Assembly (NCBI GenBank): GCA_045627385.1 | Contig: JAZQNO010000028.1 | Span: 41,400 to 105,399 of the forward strand | Length of the DNA stretch: 64,000 nt | Direction: 5' to 3' | Origin: Bacteroidales bacterium | Lineage (GTDB): Bacteria > Bacteroidota > Bacteroidia > Bacteroidales > UBA1402 | Shown: positions 26,745 to 35,807 of the stretch, one piece after another | Numbering within the stretch: the stretch's first letter is position 1 | Layout of the letters: every line of letters starts with the position of its first letter | Translations under genes and position numbers: made by a program | Notes under the pieces: model-generated | The model's database searches: none | What the model saw: the letters and a program-made list of their open reading frames with translations, nothing else | What the model was told of the DNA's origin: nothing

Positions 26745-29675
26745 TCACATACCCATCGGCGGGAAGCCTCCCATGCCGCCGCCCATAGGCATACCTCCTC
26801 CCATCATTCCCTGACCGCGACCTTGACCGCCTTGTCCGCGGCCCTGTCCGCGACCTTGGCCGCGCTGGCCTTCCATACCGGGCATGCCGTAGCCGCCCAT
26901 CATGTTGTCACGGCTGGCACCGCCGGCGAAACGGGCGATCTTCCAGGTGACTGTCAGCAGGAAATAAGAGGGGAGAGTGTTGTATTTGTTGTAGGAGATG
27001 TAGTTGTCGCCGATGTTCTGGCTGATGTTGAGACGCTGGCGCAGAATGTCGGTCATGCTCAGACTGAGCGTGACTTTGTTGCGGATGGTCTTGTCGATGG
27101 AAGCGTTCCACAGCACTTCGCTCTGGTCGAAGTTGGCATAGCCCTGACGGTTGCTGTAGCTGAGGTCGGTGGCGATGTTGATGCTGTAGGGAAGATGCAG
27201 GTTGATGTTGCCGCTGCCCGACCAGTTCATCGTATTCTGGATGTTGTTGCTCAGATGGTTGAAAGTGTGGTTGTAGCTGAACGAACCGCGAGCGCCGATT
27301 TCGATGATGTCCTGAGTGAGGGTCAGCGAAAGGTTTTCGTTGGCTCCGTAGCTCTGTGTAAGGCTCTCGTCGCCTCGTGCCAGATTGTTGATGTCGATGA
27401 TTTCGCCAGCCACCATGCGACGGGTGTAGCCCACGCGCTCCTGGTAGTTGACGGTGGTGCGGGTGTTGAGGTGGAGCAGGTTGGTGATGAGGGGCGTGTT
27501 GTACATCAGGCTGCCGTTCATGTTGAAAGGCATGCGGTCGGCGTTGACCGTCTGGTTGTACTGTTTGCCGGTGGCATCGTAGATACTGTTGGAAACCAGG
27601 GCGTTCTGAGTGAACGAACCGAAGAGAGTCACGTTCCACGAAGCGAAGGTGACTGCGTTGAAGCGGGTCATGATCAGACGCAGGTTCTGGCTGTAGGAGG
27701 GATTCAGTTCGGCGTTTCCGACGGTTTCATGCATCAGGTTTTCGTTGTTCTTGACTGGCTGCATCTGGGTGACGCTGGGCTGCTGGGTGTTGCCGCGGTA
27801 TTCCATGCGCAGGAAATTGCGGCGGTCGCCGAAGTTGTAGCGCACGCTCAGGGTAGGCGAGTAGTTGACAATCTTCTGGTCAACCTCATAAGGGTCTTCT
27901 CCGTTGAGATAGGTGGTGCGGCTGTAGTTCTGGCTGGGCTGCACGCGCATGCCGGCCATCACGTTGACGGTGCCGTCGTTGTAGCGGTAGTTCAGTTCGG
28001 CCACCTCAGACATGCTGCGGTTGAGGTAGTCGTTGCTGTATTCGGTGTCGATGACGGTGTATTCACCGCTGGCATCCTGGTCGTACTGGTTCTTGTCGGA
28101 CGTACGGCTGTTGTAGTTGAACGATGCCGAAACTTCGACGAAGTTCTTCAGGTTCCAGAGGGGCTCGACATAGGAACTTCTCAGACCCAGGCTGTAGTTG
28201 TCGGAACCGTTGTCGGTCATCTGGTCCACGATGGTCTGGTCGTCGGGAGTGTTCTTTTCGGAGTAGTTGAAACTGTTGGTGGTCGTCTGGCCCAGCGAAC
28301 CGTTGGCCTGGGTGGTGAAGGTGCGGCCGGCGCGCTTGGCCGATTTGTGGCTGTAGATGAGGTTCAGTCGGGTGTTGAGGTTGTCCGATACGCTGGAGTT
28401 CTGCGAGCCGCCCCAAGAGGTGGAGTCGCCGTTGGTGTAGTAGTCGTATTCGGACCAACTATTGGAAGTGCTGCGGCTGAAACTGAGGTTGGGCTGGATG
28501 ATGAGAGTGTTGAGGGTGTCGATGTGCCATTCGACTTCGAAGCGGAAATTGCTGTTGTTGATGTCGGAGACAGAACCGTTGCGCGAATTATTGGTCAGCG
28601 TATCGCCGGCCAGCCAGCTGTCGCGGCTGCTTTCGCTGTTGTTGGTGTTGTGTGAGTGGTTGTAGGAAATGTCGCCGCCTGCCAGCAGGTCGTCGCTGAA
28701 AGCCGTGTTGTTGTTGACACCGATGTTCTGGGTGCTGGTGATGCCGCCGCTGGCGCCGCCCCATCCGCCCATGCCGCGTCCGCTGCGGCTGGTGTTGGTG
28801 TTGTTGGCACCGGCCACCAGAGAGGTCTGGGTGTCGCCCAGCATGAAGTTGATGAAGGTGTTGGCATTGTAACGGGCGTCATTCTCCATGAACTGGCTCC
28901 AGTCATAGTCGGGCGAGATGTAGTTCTGGTCCATGTCGGCACCGCCGGCTCCGCTTACATTGCCGAAAATGCCTTTACGGCGGTTCTTTTTGAGGGTGAT
29001 GTTGATAATCCGCTCCGTGTTGTCGTCTTCGAAACCGGTCAGTTTGGCCATATCGGATTTTTCGTCGATGACCTGAATCTTCTCAACCATGTCGGCGGTC
29101 AGGTTCTTGGTGGTCATCTGAATGTCGCCGTCGAAGAATTTCTTTCCGTCCACTTTGATGCGCGAGATGGTCTCGCCGTTGACCGTGATGCTTCCGCCGC
29201 TGACTTCCACACCTGGCAGACGTTTGAGAAGGTCTTCAACCACAGCGTTCTCGGCCGTTTTGAAGGCGGCCGCATTGAATTCCATCGTGTCGACTTTGAC
29301 AATCATCTGGGCGGCCATTCCGGTCACCTGTACGGCACTCAGATTCTGTACGTTTTCTTCGAGCAGGATATTCTTGAGAATCATCGAACGGCCTTTGACT
29401 TCGACTGGTTCATATTTGGTGATGTAACCCAAAAATTTGACTTCGATGAGGTATTTGCCACTCTTGACGCGGTTGAGTGAGAAGCTTCCGAACTGGTCGG
29501 TGGCGGCTCCGGTGACATAGGAAGAGTCTTTCTGATTGAGCAATCTGACGGTGGCCATTTCGATGGCGCCGTCAGTGGCCTTGTCCAGCACTTTGGACTG
29601 GATGGTGTAGTCGGCCGCCATTACAGCGGTGAAAGTCAGCAGAATAAGTAGGCAGGAGAGGAGGATACGTTTCAT
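26745..29675 (-). CDS. Outer-membrane beta-barrel protein, paralog 2 of the gene at 23592-26708
   Basis: Same architecture, and collinear similarity to paralog 1 throughout (for example ...IEMATVRLL..., LLKRLPGVEV...VNGETISRIKVDGKKFFDGDI). The barrel ends in ...TWKIARF and is followed by a 60-aa Gly/Met/Arg/Gln tail. Confidence 0.75.
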   Translation of the reverse strand: MKRILLSCLLILLTFTAVMAADYTIQSKVLDKATDGAIEMATVRLLNQKDSSYVTGAATDQFGSFSLNRVKSGKYLIEVKFLGYITKYEPVEVKGRSMILKNILLEENVQNLSAVQVTGMAAQMIVKVDTMEFNAAAFKTAENAVVEDLLKRLPGVEVSGGSITVNGETISRIKVDGKKFFDGDIQMTTKNLTADMVEKIQVIDEKSDMAKLTGFEDDNTERIINITLKKNRRKGIFGNVSGAGGADMDQNYISPDYDWSQFMENDARYNANTFINFMLGDTQTSLVAGANNTNTSRSGRGMGGWGGASGGITSTQNIGVNNNTAFSDDLLAGGDISYNHSHNTNNSESSRDSWLAGDTLTNNSRNGSVSDINNSNFRFEVEWHIDTLNTLIIQPNLSFSRSTSNSWSEYDYYTNGDSTSWGGSQNSSVSDNLNTRLNLIYSHKSAKRAGRTFTTQANGSLGQTTTNSFNYSEKNTPDDQTIVDQMTDNGSDNYSLGLRSSYVEPLWNLKNFVEVSASFNYNSRTSDKNQYDQDASGEYTVIDTEYSNDYLNRSMSEVAELNYRYNDGTVNVMAGMRVQPSQNYSRTTYLNGEDPYEVDQKIVNYSPTLSVRYNFGDRRNFLRMEYRGNTQQPSVTQMQPVKNNENLMHETVGNAELNPSYSQNLRLIMTRFNAVTFASWNVTLFGSFTQNALVSNSIYDATGKQYNQTVNADRMPFNMNGSLMYNTPLITNLLHLNTRTTVNYQERVGYTRRMVAGEIIDINNLARGDESLTQSYGANENLSLTLTQDIIEIGARGSFSYNHTFNHLSNNIQNTMNWSGSGNINLHLPYSINIATDLSYSNRQGYANFDQSEVLWNASIDKTIRNKVTLSLSMTDILRQRLNISQNIGDNYISYNKYNTLPSYFLLTVTWKIARFAGGASRDNMMGGYGMPGMEGQRGQGRGQGRGQGGQGRGQGMMGGGMPMGGGMGGFPPMGM

Positions 29676-29824
29676 TTGAAATACACTTCTTTTTTTTTGT
29701 TCGAACCTTTGATGGAACGGATTTTGCTTGGTTTAATAAGAGCCCGCGAATTTACATTTTTTATATGAATAATGGATTAGTGAAAAAAAATGTGTCGAAA
29801 GGCGAATTGTTAGGGGAATTGCGT

Positions 29825-29832
29825 TATTTTTG
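29825..29832 (+). promoter_or_regulatory. Candidate -7 box (TATTTTTG) for the kduI-led array
   Basis: Matches TAnnTTTG 35 nt upstream of the ATG at 29867. It lies inside the longer track ORF (29765), which supports the shorter start. Confidence 0.5.
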
Positions 29833-29866
29833 CAAGTTAAGAGAACAATCACTAAAACCATTGGAT

Positions 29867-30709
29867 ATGAAGACAAACTACGAAGTACGTTATGCAGCCC
29901 ATCCTGAGGATGCGAAAAGTTACGACACCACCCGGATCCGTCGCGATTTCCTTATTGAAAAGGTCTTTGCGGCTGACGAAGTCAATATGGTCTATTCCAT
30001 GTACGACCGCATGGTCGTCGGCGGAGCCATGCCTGTGAAGGAATCTCTCAAACTGGAAGCCATCGATCCTCTGAAGGCTCCTTATTTCCTGACCCGTCGC
30101 GAACTGGGCATTTTCAACGTCGGCGGTGCCGGCCGTGTCCGTCACGGAGACGAGGTCTTCGAACTCGATTACAAGGAGGCTCTCTATCTGGGACGCGGCG
30201 ACAAGGACGTCGTTTTCGAGAGCAAGGACGCCGCCCATCCCGCCAAGTTCTATTTCAATTCCACCACGGCTCACGCGCTTTATCCCGACCGCAAGGTGAC
30301 CAAAGCCGATGCCGTCGTGGCGCACATGGGTTCGCTTGAAATGAGCAACGAACGCAACATCAACAAAATGCTGGTCAACCAAGTGCTGCCTACCTGCCAG
30401 CTCCAGATGGGCATGACCGAACTGGCCACCGGTTCTGTCTGGAACACGATGCCGGCCCACACCCACAGCCGCCGTATGGAGGCCTATTTCTATTTCGAGG
30501 TTCCCGAAGACCAGGCTGTCTGCCACTTCATGGGCGAGATCGACGAGACCCGCCACATCTGGATGAAGGGCGACCAGGCCGTTCTCAGCCCCGAATGGAG
30601 CATCCATAGCGCCGCCGCCACCCACAACTATACCTTCATCTGGGGCATGGGCGGTGAGAACCTCGACTACGGTGACCAGGACTTCAGCCTCATCACGGAT
30701 CTCAAATGA
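29867..30709 (+). CDS. kduI: 5-dehydro-4-deoxy-D-glucuronate isomerase
   Basis: Start set at 29867 (MKTNYEVRYAAHPEDAK). 280 aa with a cupin metal site HTHSRRMEAYFYF. Full-length KduI resemblance. Confidence 0.92.
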   Translation: MKTNYEVRYAAHPEDAKSYDTTRIRRDFLIEKVFAADEVNMVYSMYDRMVVGGAMPVKESLKLEAIDPLKAPYFLTRRELGIFNVGGAGRVRHGDEVFELDYKEALYLGRGDKDVVFESKDAAHPAKFYFNSTTAHALYPDRKVTKADAVVAHMGSLEMSNERNINKMLVNQVLPTCQLQMGMTELATGSVWNTMPAHTHSRRMEAYFYFEVPEDQAVCHFMGEIDETRHIWMKGDQAVLSPEWSIHSAAATHNYTFIWGMGGENLDYGDQDFSLITDLK

Positions 30710-30756
30710 CGAATCGACCAATCAACTAATTAATAACAATTCAAACTTTTACAATT

Positions 30757-30915
30757 ATGAAAATTATCGGTTTACTTGTATCTGCCGTCTGCTCGTACCT
30801 CTGCTACAATCTGGCAAAAAAGAGCGGTAAGAATGCCATCCTTGCAGCTGTTCTGGGATTCATCTTCTCCATCATCTCTCTGATTGTCTATTTTCTGCTC
30901 AGCCGCAAGAAATAA
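30757..30915 (+). CDS. Unlisted small ORF: 52-aa predicted two-TM membrane protein
   Basis: My own translation is MKIIGLLVSAVCSYLCYNLAKKSGKNAILAAVLGFIFSIISLIVYFLLSRKK*. It fills the kduI-kduD gap and has two hydrophobic helices joined by KKSGKN. It falls below the 60-aa cutoff of the ORF track. Confidence 0.5.
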   Translation: MKIIGLLVSAVCSYLCYNLAKKSGKNAILAAVLGFIFSIISLIVYFLLSRKK

Positions 30916-30936
30916 GAGCATAATTCGATATCAGGT

Positions 30937-31740
30937 ATGAACAACCCGTTTTCACTTGAAGGGAAGAACGCTTGGATCACAGGCGCTTCCTACGGTATCG
31001 GCTTCAACATCGCCAAGGCTTTTGTCGCTGCCGGTATCAAGAACATCATCTTCAACGACATCAACGAAGCCGCCCTTCAGCGCGGCCTGGACAACTATAA
31101 GGAGGCCGGCATCACCAACGTGAAGGGCTATGTCTGCGACGTCACCGACGAAGTGGCCATCAAGGCTCTGGTGGAGACCATCCACAAGGAAGTCGGTCAG
31201 AACGACATTCTGGTCAACAACGCCGGCATCATCAAACGCATCCCGATGCATGAGATGAAGCGTGCCGAATTCCAGCAGGTCATCGACATCGACCTGGTGG
31301 CTCCGTATATCGTCTCCTCCGCAGTCATTCCCGAAATGATGGAGCGTCGCGAGGGCAAGATCATCAACATCTGTTCGATGATGAGCGAACTGGGACGTGA
31401 AACCGTCAGCGCCTACGCCGCCGCCAAAGGCGGTCTGAAGATGCTCACCCGCAACATCTGTTCGGAATACGGTGAATACAACATCCAGTGCAACGCCATC
31501 GGACCGGGCTACATCGCCACTCCTCAGACGGCTCCTCTGCGCGAGCGTCAGCCGGATGGCAGCCGTCATCCTTTCGACAGCTTCATCTGCGCCAAGACTC
31601 CTGCCGGCCGCTGGCTCGAGCCCGAAGAACTGGGCGGACCCGCCGTCTTCCTGGCTTCGCACGCTTCCGATGCCGTCAATGGCCACGTCCTCTATGTGGA
31701 CGGCGGTATTCTGGCCTATATCGGCAAACAACCCAAATGA
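30937..31740 (+). CDS. kduD: SDR oxidoreductase, KduD / gluconate-5-dehydrogenase type
   Basis: The motifs ITGASYGIG (TGxxxGxG), NNAG and YAAAKGG (YxxxK) are present, and it is adjacent to kduI. Confidence 0.85.
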   Translation: MNNPFSLEGKNAWITGASYGIGFNIAKAFVAAGIKNIIFNDINEAALQRGLDNYKEAGITNVKGYVCDVTDEVAIKALVETIHKEVGQNDILVNNAGIIKRIPMHEMKRAEFQQVIDIDLVAPYIVSSAVIPEMMERREGKIINICSMMSELGRETVSAYAAAKGGLKMLTRNICSEYGEYNIQCNAIGPGYIATPQTAPLRERQPDGSRHPFDSFICAKTPAGRWLEPEELGGPAVFLASHASDAVNGHVLYVDGGILAYIGKQPK

Positions 31741-31749
31741 TCTGCGGAT

Positions 31750-33036
31750 ATGAAGAAGTGTTTTTATCTCCTGGTCGCTGCGGCCTTGCTGCTGAGCTCC
31801 TGCTGCAAGCAGTACGACGCACCGAAGGCCAAGCTCAACAAGGTCGATTTCCAGACGGAAATCGACGGCAAGAAGAATGACCTGTTCATTCTGAAGAACG
31901 CCAATGGCGTGGAAATCACGATGATGAACTTCGGTGCCCGCATCGTTTCCATCTGCACGCCCGACCGCGACGGCAAATTCGGCGATATCGTCCTCGGTTT
32001 CGACAATATCCAGCCTTATCTGGACAATTCCACCGATTTCGGCGCCTTCATCGGCCGCTACGGCAACCGCATCAATCTGGGCAAGTTCAGTTTGGATGGG
32101 GTAGACTACCAGCTGTCGACCAACAACTTCGGCCACAGTCTTCACGGCGGTGTCAAAGGTTTCCAGTACTGCATGTTCGACATCGAACAGACCGATGACC
32201 AGCATCTGGTGGCCAGCTATACGGCTCAGGACGGCGAAATGGGCTTCCCCGGCACTCTTCAGGCCAAAGCCACGTACACGCTGACCGATGCCAATGCTCT
32301 GGTCATCGCTTACGAGGCCGTCACCGACAAGCCGACCATCGTCAATCTGACCAACCACTCTTATTTCAATCTGAGCGGAGATGCCCAGAGCATTCTCAAC
32401 CACAAGCTCATGATCAATGCCGACGGTTTCACTCCGGTCGACACCACCTTCATGACGACCGGTGAGATCGCTTCTGTCGAAGGTACTCCGATGGATTTCC
32501 GTACGCCGACTTTCATCGGCGAGCGCATCGACCAGTATGATTTCGAACAGCTGAAGAACGGCAACGGGTACGACCACAACTGGGTGCTGAACACCACTTG
32601 CCCCAAACAGCTGGCCTGCAAGCTGGCCGATCCGAGCACCGGACGTACGCTGGAGGTCTACACCAGCGAACCCGGCGTTCAGGTCTACACGGGCAATTTC
32701 CTGGATGGAACGCTCACCGGCAAGAAGGGCGTCGTCTACAACCAGCGTGCTGCCATTTGTCTGGAAACCCAGCACTATCCCGACAGCCCCAATAAGCCTC
32801 AGTGGCCTTCTGTCGTGCTCCGTCCCGGCGAGACATACACCAGCCTGTGTGTCTATCAGTTCGGTGTCTGCAACAAATGCGGCGGCAAGGGTGAAGCTCA
32901 CGAGTGCGGTCAGTCCCACGAGTGCGGTGATTCCCATGATTGCGGTCAGGCTCAGGCCTGTGAGCGTCAGGGTGCCGCTCATGAATGTGCCCACGACGGT
33001 GCCGCTCACGAATGTCAGCATCAGTGCGAAAAATAA
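31750..33036 (+). CDS. galM: Aldose 1-epimerase (galactose mutarotase), lipoprotein, with an atypical 55-aa Cys/His-rich C-terminal extension
   Basis: The lipobox LLSSC and the motif IGRYGNRINLGKFSLDGVDYQLSTNNFGHSLHGG are present. The tail is CNKCGGKGEAHECGQSHECGDSHDCGQAQACERQGAAHECAHDGAAHECQHQCEK. Confidence 0.88.
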   Translation: MKKCFYLLVAAALLLSSCCKQYDAPKAKLNKVDFQTEIDGKKNDLFILKNANGVEITMMNFGARIVSICTPDRDGKFGDIVLGFDNIQPYLDNSTDFGAFIGRYGNRINLGKFSLDGVDYQLSTNNFGHSLHGGVKGFQYCMFDIEQTDDQHLVASYTAQDGEMGFPGTLQAKATYTLTDANALVIAYEAVTDKPTIVNLTNHSYFNLSGDAQSILNHKLMINADGFTPVDTTFMTTGEIASVEGTPMDFRTPTFIGERIDQYDFEQLKNGNGYDHNWVLNTTCPKQLACKLADPSTGRTLEVYTSEPGVQVYTGNFLDGTLTGKKGVVYNQRAAICLETQHYPDSPNKPQWPSVVLRPGETYTSLCVYQFGVCNKCGGKGEAHECGQSHECGDSHDCGQAQACERQGAAHECAHDGAAHECQHQCEK

Positions 33037-33057
33037 TCACACCTAATTAATATTAGT

Positions 33058-35034
33058 ATGAATTCCATTATCGAAAGTCTGAAGGCGAACGGATTTGCCA
33101 CCGTCGACTACATCGTATTCGCGGTCTATCTGGTCGTCCTTGTCGCGTTGGGCCTGTTCCTGTCGCGCAACAAAAATGGAAAGGAAAAGAGTTCAAACGA
33201 CTACTTCCTGGCCGGTAATACGTTGACTTGGTGGGCTGTAGGTGCTTCTCTGATCGCCGCTAACATTTCTGCCGAACAGTTCATCGGCATGTCGGGATCG
33301 GCCTATGCTTCGGGTATCGCCGTAGCTGCCTACGAACTGATGGCCGCCGCCACGCTGATTGTGGTGGCCAAGTTCATCCTGCCGGTGATGATCAAGCGCA
33401 AAATATACACCATTCCCCAGTTCCTGAGCGAGCGCTACAACAATGGGGTAGGACTGTCGTTCTCCATTTTCTGGCTGTTCCTCTACGTGTTCATCAACCT
33501 GACGTCCGTGTCGTGGCTGGGCGCTTTGGCCATCAAGCAGATTCTGGGTCTTCCGACCATTCAGGGCGTGTTCCTGGGCATGCAGGTCGACTATGTCACT
33601 CTGTTCATCATCATCGGTCTGTTCCTCATCGCCGGTATCTATTCCATCTACGGAGGTCTGGCGTCTGTCGCCTGGACGGATGTGCTGCAGGTCACTTTCC
33701 TGGTGGGTGGCGGTCTGATCACCGCCTATGCCGCTCTGGCCGTGCTGGCTCCGCATCTCGGTGCCGACAGTGCTCTGGGCGCTTTGGGCGCTGTCTTCCA
33801 GCGTCTGCAGGAAATTCCCGGTGACACCCATTTCCACCTGGTGGTTGAGCGCAATGCCGACTTGTATCCTGTTTTGCAGGGCACTGCCACTCAGGCTGCC
33901 GACCCGTACTTTACCATTCCCGGTATCGTGGTCATCGTCGGTGCGCTCTGGCTGACCAACATCGGCTACTGGGGCTTCAACCAGTACATCATCCAGAAGG
34001 GTCTGGCCGCCAAGAGTCTGGGCGAAGCCAAGAAGGGTCTCATTTTCGCCGCTTTCCTGAAGATTCTCATTCCCTTCATCGTCTGCATTCCCGGTGTCTG
34101 CGCCTTCCTTATCTGGAACGATCCGTCCCTGCACAGCAACATCGATCTGGCCGGTGCCATCACCCGCAGCGACGACGCTTATCCCTTCCTGATCCGCAAC
34201 TTCACGCCGGTATTTGTCAAGGGTCTGTCGTTTGCCGCTCTGACGGCTGCCGTCATTTCGTCTCTGGCTTCGATGTTCAACTCGACCTCGACCATCTTCA
34301 CGATGGACGTCTACAAGAAGTTCATCAAAAAGGACGCTTCCGACAAGAGTCTTGTCACCGTGGGCCGCATCACCTCTCTGGTGGCTCTGCTCATCGCTCT
34401 GGTGGCTGTCTATCCGATCATGGGCGGTGCCGACCAGGCTTTCCAGATCATTCAGGAATACTCCGGATTCGTCTATCCCGGTATCGTGGTCATCTTCGGT
34501 CTGGGTCTGCTGTGGAAGCGCTCTTCCGGTCCGGCTGCCATCGTGGCCGCTCTGGGCACTTTCGTCTTCAGCATCCTCTTCAAGTTCATTATGCCCAACA
34601 CGCCGTTCCTGCTCCGCATGGGATATGTGTTTGTGGTGCTGGTTGCCCTGTTCATCCCCATCTCGCTGCTCAGCAAGAAGGCTGTCAAGGCTGACGAACT
34701 TGATGAACACACCATCAGAACTCAGATGAAGTGGAGCCGCATACTTTCCTTCAGCGGTATCGTCTGCGCGCTGGCCGGTCTTGTCGCCAAGATCGCCTGG
34801 TGGTGCGGCGGCCATCTGGCCACCTTACAGTTCTACGGATTCGAAGCCATCTTCTTCCTGGCTGCCATGCTGATTGTCTTGGGCATCTACTTGAAGTCCA
34901 ATGCAAAGGACAAGGTGCAGGATCCGAAGGCTGTGGAGATTGACCTTTCGCTCTTCCGCACCGACAGAGGTTTCAACATCGGTGCCATCTGCATCATCGT
35001 CATCCTCGCAGTCCTCTACATCGCTCTCTGGTAA
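33058..35034 (+). CDS. Sodium:solute symporter (SGLT-type sugar transporter)
   Basis: The motif [32 protein letters not shown] is present. It is polytopic, and its position matches the transporter of Bacteroides arabinose loci. Confidence 0.88.
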   Translation: MNSIIESLKANGFATVDYIVFAVYLVVLVALGLFLSRNKNGKEKSSNDYFLAGNTLTWWAVGASLIAANISAEQFIGMSGSAYASGIAVAAYELMAAATLIVVAKFILPVMIKRKIYTIPQFLSERYNNGVGLSFSIFWLFLYVFINLTSVSWLGALAIKQILGLPTIQGVFLGMQVDYVTLFIIIGLFLIAGIYSIYGGLASVAWTDVLQVTFLVGGGLITAYAALAVLAPHLGADSALGALGAVFQRLQEIPGDTHFHLVVERNADLYPVLQGTATQAADPYFTIPGIVVIVGALWLTNIGYWGFNQYIIQKGLAAKSLGEAKKGLIFAAFLKILIPFIVCIPGVCAFLIWNDPSLHSNIDLAGAITRSDDAYPFLIRNFTPVFVKGLSFAALTAAVISSLASMFNSTSTIFTMDVYKKFIKKDASDKSLVTVGRITSLVALLIALVAVYPIMGGADQAFQIIQEYSGFVYPGIVVIFGLGLLWKRSSGPAAIVAALGTFVFSILFKFIMPNTPFLLRMGYVFVVLVALFIPISLLSKKAVKADELDEHTIRTQMKWSRILSFSGIVCALAGLVAKIAWWCGGHLATLQFYGFEAIFFLAAMLIVLGIYLKSNAKDKVQDPKAVEIDLSLFRTDRGFNIGAICIIVILAVLYIALW

Positions 35035-35047
35035 CCCTTTGTACAAC

Positions 35048-35080
35048 GAAGGCACGGCGGAAACCGTCCGCCGTGCCTTC
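35048..35080 (+). terminator. Strong hairpin between the symporter and araD (terminator or attenuator)
   Basis: Perfect 14-bp stem GAAGGCACGGCGGA / TCCGCCGTGCCTTC with loop AACCG, followed by TTATATCTTC. The araD ATG is 16 nt downstream. Confidence 0.6.
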
Positions 35081-35095
35081 TTATATCTTCATCGT

Positions 35096-35788
35096 ATGTT
35101 AGAAGCACTCAAAGAACAAGTCTGCAAGGCCAATCTGGATCTGGTCAAGCAGGGACTGGTCATTTTCACATGGGGCAATGTGTCCGGTATCGACCGCGAA
35201 AAAGGCCTGGTCGTCATCAAACCCAGCGGTGTCGGCTATGACAACATGAAACCCAGCGACATGGTTGTCGTCGATCTTGCCACGGGCAAGACTGTCGAAG
35301 GGGAACTGAACCCTTCGAGCGACACGCCGACCCATCTGGAACTCTACAAGGCTTTTCCCAATATCAAAGGCATCGTGCACACTCACTCGACTTATGCCAC
35401 GGCTTTTGCCCAGGCTGGCCGTCCCATTCCGAACATCGGCACCACGCACGCGGATTATTTCTACAAGGACATTCCATGCACCCGCGATATGGTCGAGTCG
35501 GAAATGGCCGAGTATGAAAAGGAAACGGGTACCGTCATCATCGAGGCTTTCCGGAATGTCAATCCAGACCACACGCCTGGCGTGCTGGTGAAGAACCACG
35601 GTCCCTTCAGTTGGGGCACTTCTCCCGACAACGCTGTCTACAATGCCAAAGTGATGGAGCAGTGTGCCAAGATGGCCTTCATCTCGTTCACGCTCAATCC
35701 CAAGACCGACATGAATCCTCTGCTGGTCGAAAAGCATTACATGCGCAAGCACGGTCCGAATGCCTACTACGGTCAGAAAAAACATTAA
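35096..35788 (+). CDS. araD: L-ribulose-5-phosphate 4-epimerase
   Basis: Start set at the ATG at 35096 ([16 protein letters not shown]). Motifs [21 protein letters not shown] and VHTHS are present. 230 aa. Confidence 0.92.
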   Translation: MLEALKEQVCKANLDLVKQGLVIFTWGNVSGIDREKGLVVIKPSGVGYDNMKPSDMVVVDLATGKTVEGELNPSSDTPTHLELYKAFPNIKGIVHTHSTYATAFAQAGRPIPNIGTTHADYFYKDIPCTRDMVESEMAEYEKETGTVIIEAFRNVNPDHTPGVLVKNHGPFSWGTSPDNAVYNAKVMEQCAKMAFISFTLNPKTDMNPLLVEKHYMRKHGPNAYYGQKKH

Positions 35789-35807
35789 CAATTTAAATTT
35801 CAAGAAT

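Noticed and set aside
29690-29698. A T9 homopolymer (A9 on the coding strand) 15-23 nt upstream of the OMP paralog 2 start, considered as a phase-variation tract.
   Set aside because: It is in the untranslated leader, so a length change would not shift the frame. A-rich leaders are normal in Bacteroidota, which rely little on Shine-Dalgarno pairing. There are no flanking inverted repeats or a recombinase to suggest an invertible promoter.
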